Notes under the pieces: model-generated | Told to the model about the DNA's origin: nothing | Seen by the model: only the letters and a program-made list of their open reading frames with translations | Databases searched by the model: none | Part shown: positions 21,965-33,182 of the stretch, piece after piece | How positions within the stretch are numbered: position 1 is the first letter of the stretch | Layout: every line of letters begins with the position of its first letter | NCBI GenBank assembly: GCA_026026165.1 | Contig: JAPEUD010000120.1 | Coordinates: 1 to 35,951, forward strand | Source: Sarea resinae | Taxonomy: Eukaryota | DNA length: 35,951 bases | Direction of reading: 5' to 3' | Position numbers and translations under genes: made by a program

Positions 21965-23368
21965 GATCACTAGCATAATAGCTGACGGTAGTTTGGGGTC
22001 AAAGGCATTTACAGAGGGTGAATGATACGTTGGGTATCTACGAATACATCTGCCATTCACTAGAAGAAAGCATCTTCTTTTTCCTTCGGTTCTCTTTGTT
22101 GTTCGTCGTTCGTTGTTTGTCGCTCGTCGCCCTACGCCGCGCAACGAATACCATACGAGTAGGGTTTACAGTCTGGTGGGGGGGTTAGGCATGGTTGTGT
22201 GTTCATCGGCGGATAACACTCAAATGTAGACGTATGGAACGGTGGATTGATACCTGCTGGTATGCGCGCTGATAGGTATGCCATTAAAGCTAGTCAAAGA
22301 CTTCGAGAGGTGACAAGGTCAAGCCATGGATCTAAATAGCCATTCAATACCATCATCAAGACAGGTGAGACGCCTAGACAACTAAGCCTCTACACATCAT
22401 CTCCAATTACCAATATCGTGCGTTCAATCAAATAATCCTAGTAGAGATGAGAGCTGAGATCAGAGCCAAGATTGCCGCTGCTAGGATTTGAGAGGTCGAA
22501 AGCAAAGGAACTACCTTAGATCCCTACGTTTCGATACAGTGGGGCCGGATATACTCCTGACAAGAAAGCGCGTATCGCATCTCACCATAAGGAATGATCC
22601 GAATCAGTCGCAATCAACAAAGGTCAGGTCCTCGGGAAGAGATATCATTAGTCGACTGCCTTTTAGCGTACATATCCTTGTTGACTATAGCAGGCGCTTA
22701 TCGATACGGCCTGGAGCCTTTAGCCGCTATAGTGGAACCCCCCTCGGTATTCAGCCTTCAGCACGAACTTGTGTCGTCAACCCTCACGCGTTCATATGTG
22801 GGGAAAGATTGATCCCTGAATAGCTCTACGTACAAGATGCTTGCTACTGCTGTAGGCGCTTCTCTAACATAGCGTAATATTTAGTCCTTCGAGCTTTTCG
22901 AGACCCTTGAATTGAAAACGTATCCTGTTACTCTAATTGCAGAACCTGCTTGTAGGTATAGCAGTAATACAATGAAGCCACTACCTACTCCAAAAATCAG
23001 AAGCTTAGAGGAGACACGTGAGTCCAAGATAATGGAATTAACATTCGAGTAATAATGGAGTAATATATTGTATAAACAAGATATCTAGTTCGTGTCTGAC
23101 TTAAGGATTATCTTTCATTATCCTGATATAAGCCTAGAAACAGAAGGGCTTCTTGTTATCTTATCAGCCCTCGAGACAATTGACTAGAAGTTGACGCGAA
23201 AAGTCGCGTAAATCGCGAAGACTTTTGACCTGAAACTATAGGTGACGGACAAAATACATAGAAGCGGCTACAGCAGTACTCTAGAGAGTACAATCACTCG
23301 ACTGACCTGATCGATCAAAAGCCTCTCTCTACACACTATCGTTGTCTTCTTCCAGCGAACACACTGCG

Positions 23369-24469
23369 ATGGCGCGCGATAACTTTACTCCCGAGAACCT
23401 TATCGCGCGTCTAAGCTGGCGCCCAGACTATATCCAAGACTCGATGATCTCCATCTTTGGCGAAACCATCCAGTCAACCGAACTGCCCAGGACCTCGACG
23501 CCTCGTTCCCCTGGGCCTCTTGATGCCTTGCCTATAGAGCTGCAACATATCATCCTCAATTTGCTAGACTTTCAGAGCCTGTCACGCCTGACTCGCGTCT
23601 GTCGCCGAGGGAAACAGATGGTCGAGTCGTTGCCAGCGCATCGAGACTTGGTGAAGCACGCGTCCTCGGCACTGATCGCGCTTAGCCGGACGAGACTTCT
23701 TACCTGCCACTCGGCGGCTGCACTCTATGCAGCCTTACTGTCCGAGCAGTGCATCTGCTGCGGGAACTATGCGCCTTTCCTATTTCTCCCAACCTGCGAA
23801 CGATGCTGTTATAGGTGTCTCGAAAGAGATCGGTCTCTGCGAATGTTGACCGTTCGTATGGCCAAGGTTTACTTCGGTGTGTCCACCAAGCACCTAAACC
23901 AGATCCCGATCATGCTCAGCATTCCAGGGACATATTCCGTCGGTTTCACTGTCAGTCGCCGGAGGAGGCTCAGACTGGTCAGTCAGAAGCAAGTGAGGCA
24001 GTTGAGCCTTGCCGTGCACGGATCACAGGAAGCAATGGAAAGTTTCTTGACTTCGCAAAATGCTGGAAAACTCACGAGCTTTGAAATGTTTGACTTCCAG
24101 TGGCTCACGGATCCATCCTCCGGATCCCAATCTGGATGGTCCACCAACTACCCCAACGACCAGTTCTGTGGTATGGCTTCCACGTGTTTCCCATCCCTTC
24201 GGCTAGGGCACGGCCTGCAAAGGGGACTCTGGTGTGTGGGCTGTCGGCTCAATCTCGAGCATTATTCTCGGACAGGGATCTGGGACGCCGAGCTGCTGCC
24301 CTCGCTTCCCTTGAACGCCCATCCGACAAGGCCCTTGTTAGACCTGCAGCATCGGGCGAGATCCAAGTCTGAGTTACTCGAACACATTTGGGAGTGCAAG
24401 GGAGCAAGAGGTCTGCTACAACGTTTAGAACAGGAGGATAAGGAGTCTGGCAAGACAGCAGAGCTCTAA
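23369..24469 (+). CDS. F-box domain protein with Cys-rich putative zinc-binding regions (366 aa)
   Basis: F-box GPLDALPIELQHIILNLLDFQSLSRLTRV. Cys/His clusters CICCG...PTCERCCYRC, GLWCVGC and LLEHIWEC. Confidence 0.85.
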   Translation: MARDNFTPENLIARLSWRPDYIQDSMISIFGETIQSTELPRTSTPRSPGPLDALPIELQHIILNLLDFQSLSRLTRVCRRGKQMVESLPAHRDLVKHASSALIALSRTRLLTCHSAAALYAALLSEQCICCGNYAPFLFLPTCERCCYRCLERDRSLRMLTVRMAKVYFGVSTKHLNQIPIMLSIPGTYSVGFTVSRRRRLRLVSQKQVRQLSLAVHGSQEAMESFLTSQNAGKLTSFEMFDFQWLTDPSSGSQSGWSTNYPNDQFCGMASTCFPSLRLGHGLQRGLWCVGCRLNLEHYSRTGIWDAELLPSLPLNAHPTRPLLDLQHRARSKSELLEHIWECKGARGLLQRLEQEDKESGKTAEL

Positions 24470-24689
24470 TTCAAGTACGATAACAATGCAAGTGGCCAGA
24501 TAGGCCCTCCTCTAAATCTCAATAACCGACATCGCCAAGCACACTGTCCGTCCCTCAATTCTCACACTCGTCCGAATAGTCCGTGAAACAGTACAACTAG
24601 CTAGCAAACCACTTCGAAATCCGACCCTGCACGTCCACCCAGAAATAGCAAGCCGGTGGAATCAAAATGAACCTTTAATCCTCAAGTCC

Positions 24690-24902
24690 TTAGCGATTGG
24701 GCTGACGTCCAACATACTGTACTGTAGCCTTGCCCTCCTTTGGCAGATGCCTTGGGCAGTAGTTCCTGGAGTTTCGATTCGCATGGACCGTGCGATCGCA
24801 CTGCAAGTTGGTTTGCGCGTTGTACTTGTCATCGCATTGAACGAACTCGCCCTTTGTCCGACACCCGCACAGATACAAGTACCAGAATTGCGTACACATC
24901 AT
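24690..24902 (-). CDS. Small Cys-rich protein (about 70 aa)
   Basis: MMCTQFWYLYLCGC...QC...C...YCPRH. This MC..Y.CGC/..C..H spacing recurs in small ascomycete proteins. Confidence 0.6.
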   Translation of the reverse strand: MMCTQFWYLYLCGCRTKGEFVQCDDKYNAQTNLQCDRTVHANRNSRNYCPRHLPKEGKATVQYVGRQPNR

Positions 24903-25392
24903 GGATGGCGATTGTAAGAACGGATTTGGAATGAATATGATGGCTAGAAATTCGCAAGCTCTCTGTACGTAGTCAACAATATTGGCCAAGCAGACTGCTA
25001 TTTCACATGGGCTAAAACATACCTAAAGTGAGTGCCAACTCTGCAGTAAGCATGCAACGTCTCTGGAGGAATACAGTACTAACTCTGTTAGGTTGTGACG
25101 GGATAGCCGTGCAAGACTATTTACCTGATAACGAGAAGTCGAGTGAGATAGAGATTTACTGCAAGCAAAGGCTGATGGCCGTCCATCGACTTGATTTAAA
25201 TAACCTTAGTTTGCGATCTAGAAATACTAATTCTCGGTGTTTGTGCCAGGATAATGGTAGGCGCTTGTCGATACAACCTGAAACCTTCGGCACGCAACCT
25301 AAGTGTCGCGTCAACTTTTACGCGCTCACGATACGGCGGAAGACTGATCCTTGCACAGCGCCACGTATGAAACATTTCGTATTGTAATAGAT

Positions 25393-25476
25393 TCCTCTAT
25401 GGGCCTTTCTCTACGCGCCTTCCTCTATGCGCTCTCCTTTACGCGCTCTCGTTTAAGCGCCCTCCTCTACGCGCCC
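25393..25476. repeat. Minisatellite, 6 x 14 bp (consensus TCCTCTACGCGCYC)
   Basis: Units in perfect 14-bp register: tcctctatgggcct / ttctctacgcgcct / tcctctatgcgctc / tcctttacgcgctc / tcgtttaagcgccc / tcctctacgcgccc. Confidence 0.85.
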
Positions 25477-25644
25477 TTTTGACACAGCACACGTTTTAGT
25501 TACTCGAGTTCCTCAACCTCTCCTCGATTAAAAGCTCTTCTATCACTCCAGTCTCAGTTCTGTGTGCATCTAGCCTCTCTTCATCTCTTCATCTACAACA
25601 AACTTTGCACTATAGCAATCCTCAAACCGCAGGACAAGACAAGA

Positions 25645-26478
25645 ATGGCCCCGATCGGTTCTTCCCTCGCGATACCCAAATCAGACCTGGAAGTCCTATC
25701 GCAGTATATCGACGATGAAACAGGTCGTTATCGTCTACGCGCCGGAAGAAGGGTTCACTATCTGACGATTTCAATTGATGTTTTTGACGATGACACAATG
25801 TGTCGCCCATATCTTCTAATACCACAACTCCCCGACATTCCTGACGGAGCTTGGACGAAGATGGAAGTCTACCGCCACGCTGATGGTTCACTACGCTCAA
25901 GCATCTCGTCGGAGCCCTTGGCAGCCGTGGAGATGCTATGGCATCCCCGCATCGTCGACGTGCTCTCCCTCAAACAAACCAAGCGCCACCGGTCAGGCGT
26001 CCATGAAGTGCTTTTCGACAGCAACCGACCCGCCGTTGCCAAGATCGCATGCTTTGACTTTCAGCTTCCTCAAATCGAGGATGAGACACACGTATATTCA
26101 ATCATCAGCCAGCATCAAGAAGCCGCGGTCCCTCCGGTCGCCCCAGCATTTTTGGCGCATCTGGCAGAGAACGGTCGAGTGATGGGCATGCTGCTGGAGA
26201 AGTTGGAGGGAGACTATGCGACGATTGATGATCTTCCTGCATGCGAAGAGGCTGTCCGCAGAGTCCATCGCATGGGCATGATCCACGGGGACGTGAACCG
26301 GTACAATTTTATTGTCGATCGGTCTAAGAAATGTGCCCGGCTTGTCGATTTCGAGCACGCTTCACCATACAATGAGACTGAAGCCCTTGCCGAGCTCCAG
26401 TCGCTGCCAGCCGAGCTGGTAGAGGCTACTGGACGAGGTGGAACCATTATATGGAAAGAGCCCCAGACAGGTACCTGA
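25645..26478 (+). CDS. Protein-kinase-like (APH/choline-kinase-type fold) protein (277 aa)
   Basis: AVAKIA (Lys), IEDETHVY (Glu), GMLLEKLEG hinge, IHGDVNRYNF catalytic loop, LVDFE. Confidence 0.82.
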   Translation: MAPIGSSLAIPKSDLEVLSQYIDDETGRYRLRAGRRVHYLTISIDVFDDDTMCRPYLLIPQLPDIPDGAWTKMEVYRHADGSLRSSISSEPLAAVEMLWHPRIVDVLSLKQTKRHRSGVHEVLFDSNRPAVAKIACFDFQLPQIEDETHVYSIISQHQEAAVPPVAPAFLAHLAENGRVMGMLLEKLEGDYATIDDLPACEEAVRRVHRMGMIHGDVNRYNFIVDRSKKCARLVDFEHASPYNETEALAELQSLPAELVEATGRGGTIIWKEPQTGT

Positions 26479-27044
26479 AAAACCTGTCTCAGTGGGTTTC
26501 TCAGTGGCATATTATTTGAATCGGATGCGGCTTCTTTATATTATCTCTGTCGAAGAATTCCATGTCTTTCTCTCCTAGAGGCTGCTTTTGCTTACTTTTC
26601 GCTCAACACATAGCGCCATTTGCAAATTCCTTCTGCGACTTCTTTGTTATTGAGCGCATAACCTCCCTCTCATGCAGTTATCATGATGACCCGTTTGCCA
26701 TCCACAGCATTAGATCCACGAGTGTCAACCTTGAACCTAATCAGACTTCACCTGATCTATCAGCTCACCTCGACATTGCGGTTGGTGATTCTGACACCTT
26801 TAGACTACTACGTAGAAGAGCCGCTCGAGTGTGCATCCACTGAAGTCGTATCTAAGAAGGGGCCTCTAGATAATACTATGGGCTGCTGTCAATACCCTCA
26901 AAAATCTCAGCCAGTTTCAGTCACCCTGCAGCTACTGCTATGAATCCCTTTGTCTCAGACTCATAACACTTGACGGTCACTTATATTTTTCACACCGCGT
27001 CATGAAATCGTAATATATTGTCCGCGCTTCTAAGTTGACGTCTA

Positions 27045-30000
27045 CTACCTGAGGACTGCTTTAGATAGTTTCGCACCTAAATCTAAAACCCCTGGCCTCC
27101 TCATGATACTGAAATGGTCGCCACTGACAACATCACAGGTAAATGTCGCTCCTGGCAAAAGAGCCTCCCAGCCATTAGTCTCATAGCTGGACCGCGGGTC
27201 CATCATCCAGTCCTCGGCCAAATTTCCATGTGCCGCCTTGCTCTCAAACTTACTCCGTGTTTTCTCCCCAACCGTCTCCCATACGCCATTCCGAGCCCAA
27301 AGCGCAGTCACCGACTTTGGTGCTTTGGACTCCGGAATGGCAATCGGCTGGTACTGCCTGAGGGCACTGAGTGAGCCTGCAAAATGGTCTCTCAAATCCT
27401 CTCGCACAGCCGTCTTGGAAGATGACGGTGCGCGCTCGTCTTTGAGGCCATTGAACGCGCCGATTGCCTCCAGCAAGTCGATCGTCTCTATGGGCAAAGG
27501 CGGTAAGGTCTTCGGGCACGGGGAATCGATCAGAACGAGGGAGTTGATCTCTTCACCGTGCAGCCGGATCAGCTGCGACGCTATCTCGAAGGCGTACGAG
27601 CCACCAATCGACCACCCGCCTAAGTTGTACGGCCCGTGTGGCTGCACGCGGCGGATCTCGCTCATATACATGGTCGCAACATCCTGTAGGGGAATTGTGA
27701 ACGAAGCGGGTGTCTGTAGAAACGGGCTGTTGAGACCGTACACCGCTCCAGGCGTATTCAGCGACGGCAGGCCCACGTAACCGCCAGCACTGCCGGATCC
27801 GTCAGGCAAGAGGAAAAAACACGGTTCCTGCGAACTGGATGATCCTTGTAGCAAGATTGAGTCTGCCATAGGATCGGGACTTGGCCTTGCCGTTTTCTGA
27901 GGAGCCTCGAAGGGTTGTTGCGGCGGTGATGCTTGCGAAGCTCCGCCGAGGACTCGATGAATGGCTGCAAATGTCGGGTTTTCTACCAAGAAACTAGACG
28001 GAAGAACCCTGCCCGTCTGTTCCTTGATAGCACCCAGGATGGAGACCGAGAGCAAGCTATCAGCTCCAATCTCGGTAAGCGGGGTGTCATCCTCAAGCTC
28101 CTCCGGAGAGACACCGATTTCACTCGCAATGATGTTCCTCAGCGTCTCCATGGATTGCGGATCCTCGGCATCCAAGCTGTGATCCAGTTCACTCGTCTGT
28201 TCACTCGTCTGGGTTTCTGCTGCACTTGTCTCATTGCTGGAAAGCTCTTCCCCGCTAGAAAGGTCATCGCTGCCGGAAAGGTCGTCGCTTCTGTCGGCAG
28301 CGGGTGAAGAGCTTGTGATTGTGGCCTTTATGATGCCTGAGAGGTACGACCGGAGCTGCTTCACAGAAAGGCAGTCAACAAACAGAGTGGCGGGAATGTC
28401 TATGCCTAATTGCTCGCTCAACTTCGCACTGATGCCGATAGTAAGAAGGCTGTCGACACCGAGATCCGAGAATTGAGTATCATCGCTAAGCTCGGATGGC
28501 TCTACACCAACCTCAGATGCGATGACGGTGAGGACGCTTTCAAAGTTGAAAGGGGCAGCTGCTTCCGCCACTTGCCTGGTATGTGGGCTCCGCTGCTGTC
28601 GATGTTGTCGATTCTTTGTCGGGTGCCGCTGAGGAGTTGTGGTGGCTACTGCATCGGCGGGTGTCGGAGGTAGCAAATGGTCGAGCATTGTGCGCTTGAT
28701 CCGCTGAAATCTTAGATCCTCACAGACAGCGACCACTTCATCGTCCTCAAAGAGGTAGACATCTCCAGCCATCATCCCACGAGTCTTTGTTTCCTGCATA
28801 CGGACATAGCTTTGGTAGATTTTCTCTGCCGAGAGCTGGCCGACTATCTTCATAGAATCCCAGCCATGGGCGATGTAGACGGAATCGGCAGGCGTTGTTT
28901 CGGCGCCGTTGAGTACAAATCCAGACAGATGGGCTAAGGTATCAATCCAGTACGGGCTGTGGGTGAACAAACCATCGGTGTCGACTGTCCGAAATTTAAC
29001 CTTTGCTGTTGCCTCTAGAAGGTGGCTGTCCATGTAGACCTCTTGCAGACCTTGATATTTATCGTCATAGTCAACCAAAGCTGCAAAAAGCTTGTAGACC
29101 ATGGGCCGGAGGATTTTGTGCGCAGAACCTCTCTCCGAAGCTCCAATGAGGTGATCTATCCTTGACTTGACAAGATACGCATTTCGTGCCCAATCCGACT
29201 TCCATTCTACGCCATCCCCAAAGGCTACAGTACAGTGCGCATGGTCTTGAGAGGCTGTACCATCCTGGGAGCTGAATTTGACTTCCACAGTATCGGATGA
29301 TCGCTTCCTGGTGGCGGCAACACGAATAATTTGACGAGTCGGTCCGGGTTGAATCAGCAGAGGCTTGTGCACTGCCATATCTTTGACGTCCATTGACATC
29401 TTTGACGGAGAGTCTGACAAATTTTGAATGTACGACGCGGCGGTAAAGGCCATATCCGCATACACTGAGCTTGGGCAAAGCCCAGCACCGTTGACAAGGT
29501 GCCCGCGAAGCGCTCTGTTCAGCTTAGTTTCAGAGGCATCTGTTTCAAAATTGACGTAGAGCCCTGTAGAATTACTGACTTCCGATACAATGCGATGGAG
29601 ACTAGTCGTAGAGAAAGATGGTACAGCATGATTGGCAGGGGCGGCGATGGGCAGATTTGATCCCTTTCTGATCGCCCAATCTCCTTCGTATTGTATCCAG
29701 TAGTTTTTCAGATCGAAAGAGTAAGTTGGTAGTTCGAGAAGGCGGAGAGCTTCCTCATATGGAGCGTGGTACTCGGACCAATCGATGTCGATGCCTGCAT
29801 TGTAGACCTCGGAGACTGAGCTAGCAATAACTTTCCAATCTCCATCGCTGCGCTTTAAAGAAGGGAGAAACACGCCTTCGCCGATTGTGGATCGAACCAT
29901 GCCTAAGCAAACAGGGTTTGGACCAGTCTCGATCCATAGTGTTCGACTATCAACCATCGAATTGGACCTTAGGGCTTGAAGCGCCTTAGTGAACTGAACA

Positions 30001-32767
30001 GGCTGGCGGATTTGACATTTGAGGTATTGAGCATCAATGACTCCACTCGTTGTAACGACCGACCCAAGCACAGTCGAGGCAACGGGTACTGACGGCTTTG
30101 AAAATTGGACTTTCTGAGCAAGGGTGGCAAAATTATCCAAGATTGAGTCCATTTGACCTGAATGAAATGCAAATTGCACTTCTAAGAGGGTCGCCTTTAT
30201 GTTCCGTGACTCAAGTAATCGTTGGAGATGCCGTATATCGTCAACGGGTCCATTTACCACGGTAGAAGTTGGTCCATTAATGCACGCTATTTCGCAGGCC
30301 GAGATATCAAATTCGTTGATCCAATGTTCAACCTTCTCCAAGCTTTCTTGTACCGCAAGCATTGAGTGAGATCCAGGTGTACATTTTGATTCCATCATTG
30401 TAGCTCGCTCGCCGACAAGATAGAGACAATCACTCAACGAGATTATTCCAGCAATACACAGAGCCGGATATTCCCCAAGGCTGTGGCCTATCACAGCGCT
30501 GGGAATTACTCCGAATGACTTCCATAGCGACGCCATCGCTAGCTCTATCGAAACCAGGGCCAGCTGAATTTGCACTACCGTGGCTTCAGATATGTCCATG
30601 TTCTTCTCCATGATGATTGGCAGAAAAGAAGGGAACCCGTGGTAGACGCCAAGTTTGTCACAATCTTGGACTGCCTCTCGAAAGCTTGTGTTGGTTTTGA
30701 ACAAATCAGATGCCATGGAGGTGTACTGCGATCCTTGTCCTGTGAATACAAACACTGTAGGCGGGGCGCCCGAAACCTTTGACCATCGCTCATCTGCTAT
30801 CACCCTCTCAAGGCTGGCAGTGAGTCCTTCAACAGAGGATACTGCATGAGATCGCCGCAAAACATGATGCATTCGACGTGCAGTGGTGGTGTAGGAAATG
30901 TCTTCTAGCCGTGCTTCAGGATGTTGCCTAAGGTACTCGAGTAAGTTTTGGGAGTTTTTCAAGATCGCATGCGTTGTCTTCCCCCAAGTTGCAATGACGT
31001 GATGGCTTCGGGGATCTGACCCCTTGATCTGCAGAATAGGGGGATCTTCTAGAAGCATACTCGTATTTCCGCCAGCAGCGTCGAAATTGTTGAGGAGTAT
31101 TCTGCGCTTTCCGTCCCCATTCGGACGCGGAAAGAACGGTGTTTTGCCATAGGATATATGAGTATTTAGCTGCTTTAGCGGTGGAAGCTTCTGATTGATG
31201 CGCCCTTTGATACCAATGTGCGGTGGGATCATGTTCTTTCGAAGCATCAAGATCGTTTTGATGATTGAGGTCACGCCACTGGCGGCTTCCGAATGACCCA
31301 AGTTTGGCTTTGATGTCCCAATATAGAGAGGATTTGTGGAGCTGCGATCACGCGCAAGAACGTTTGTCACGGACTTGGATTCGGTTGCGTCGCCAGCCTG
31401 GGTACCCGTTCCGTGCAGCTCGACATAGTCGATGTCATGAGCCTGGACTCCAGCTTTTTCTAGGACAGCGGTGAAAAGACGCTCTTGTGTTTCAGCATGG
31501 GGATGTGTTATTGATATGGCTTCAGCAGAGTGGTTGGTGACAGCTCCTCGCAAAACAGCCTGGATGTTATCTCGATCCGCGATTGCATCCTCAAGACGTT
31601 TCAGGACAACGACGCCTACAGCATCGCCGCGGACATAGCCGTCGGCATCATGATCAAAGGTCTTGCAACCCCCAGTCTTGGACAGAAAGCTACCTCGACT
31701 GAGTCCGGCAAACAGGTCTGAGGCCGTCAAGAGATTGACTCCTCCACCGACAGCGGTGTCGCACTCTCGAGCGAGCAATGCGGAACAAGCTAATTGTATG
31801 GAAGCAGCACTAGAGGAGCAAGCCGTGTCAAGGGAAAAGCTTGGTCCCTCCCAGCCAAAGTGATAATTGAGCCTGCCCGGACCAAAAGCTCGGATTCCAC
31901 CGGTAGCGAAATAGGTGTCGATGTTCTGGCTTGCATTTGCTCGCCAGTCATCAGTGGTTTGCCCGATGAACGAGCCGATCCTGCGAGTGTTGCTAGAAGG
32001 TGTGCGGTTAGGAGCATATCCCGCCATCTCAAGCGCCTCATAAGTCGTAAGCAGCATCATACGCTGTTGGGGATCGGTTTGCGACGCCTCACGTGGTGAC
32101 ATGTTGAAGAGTCGGGTGTCAAAATATCCCGGTCTGTCGATGAAAACTCCATACGGCGTCAAAGTAGAGTTCCTCAGCTTTCCAGAGGGATCGTAATGAG
32201 TATCAACATCGAATCGATCGGATCGGATCTTCTCATGGAGATCCCGGCCGTCCTCCAATACTCTCCAGAACTCCTCCAAAGTCTCACTCCCTGGGAGACG
32301 GGCAGCCATGCCCACAATGGCAATTGCTCCACCGTCTATACAAGTGCTTACTTTGGCCATTTCCTCGTCCTCGAGGATTCGAACATCCCGTGACTGCAAC
32401 ATCTGCTTGATAGTCTTCACGAAATTCACCGATCCAAATGAGAGAATATTGACTGATGTGCCCAGGACGTTCGACAATCCATTGACAATTGCTTCAAATA
32501 GAACAGGCTCTTGCAAGATGTCTTGCACAATTTCAGCAAGTAGCTGGGAAAGCACTGTGCCCGAGTATAGCTCTCCTGAGCTTGATGAAATAATCAGCGG
32601 ATGCTGTAGTGGCCTTTCAAGATGTGCGACGCTCATACAGCCGAGAAGTCGGCTCAGAGATACCGGCATCAGGTGCCTTCCATGAAAAGCTGCTGAGATG
32701 GGCAGCGGGATTCTCTTGCAATGGTAGAATAGCTCCGTGGTTGTGAACAGTTTGGTGGTGGTGGTAG
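27045..32767 (-). CDS. Non-reducing iterative type I polyketide synthase, (partial SAT)-KS-AT-PT-ACP-ACP-TE, 5'-interrupted by an LTR retrotransposon
   Basis: KS: DTACSSS, HGTGTQAGD, NLGHSEAASG. AT: GHSLGEY, FAFHS. PT: GHLVNG, YWID. ACPs: LGVDSLL, IGADSLL. TE: LPDGSGS, GWSIGG, IDSPCP, GDHFS. The frame continues upstream of ATG 32669 as SAT-like TTTTKLF...LPISAAFHGRHL up to 32767. Confidence 0.93.
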
Positions 32768-33157
32768 TGTGATGGGGTAAACCGGCAACAGCTTAGTCAT
32801 CAGGTATTGGTGGTGGGGTTGTGTTCCTTAGGGGTTCGGAAAGGGGGCATCATCAGTTCTTCATGCACGCATTCAGCTATCAGTTTTCCGGCATTCAGTC
32901 AAGCAAGCAGTCAGCGTGTCAGTTTTCTTCTCTTCTTCTTGTTACTCAGTTACTAGGCTACAGGCCGATAGCTCATATTAATCGATACGCTTGTTCTGCT
33001 GCCTATTTGAGTTCTCTAAGACATATTAGCAGCGAGACCTAAGACAGTGACACACTCGACAACCATTGAGCATAGCAGCGCCATTACGATTCGGCGGTTC
33101 CTGCATCTTTAGGACCGTCCAGCACTTATCTAGTGCGATCCAGTTTGATCCCTCACA
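32768..33157 (+). repeat. 5' LTR (390 bp)
   Basis: Termini TGTGA...TCACA form a 5-bp inverted repeat. It begins exactly where PKS homology stops and is followed by the PBS. Confidence 0.8.
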
Positions 33158-33158
33158 T

Positions 33159-33182
33159 TAGTGACCTACGCAGGGCTCGAAC
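33159..33182 (+). other. tRNA primer-binding site
   Basis: T(A)GTGACCTACGCAGGGCTCGAAC is the reverse complement of a tRNA 3' end GTTCGAGCCCTGCGTAGGTCA-CCA, with TGG mutated to TAG as expected from RIP. Confidence 0.82.

Noticed and set aside
22400..23150. Short ORFs 22488-22823 and 22594-22812, possible pseudogene
   Set aside because: No recognisable motif in the frames I translated, and no support for coding status.
25393..25476. CRISPR-like array
   Set aside because: The units are contiguous with no spacers, and the context is eukaryotic. It is a minisatellite.
25645..26478. 'Alpha-galactosidase A precursor' label that I recall being attached to similar fungal proteins
   Set aside because: The motifs are kinase-fold (K, E, HGDxxxxN, DFE), with no glycosidase features.
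33159..33182. Minus-strand tRNA gene (GTTCGA T-loop)
   Set aside because: Only the 3' 24 nt are present, directly after an LTR end. It is a primer-binding site, not a gene.
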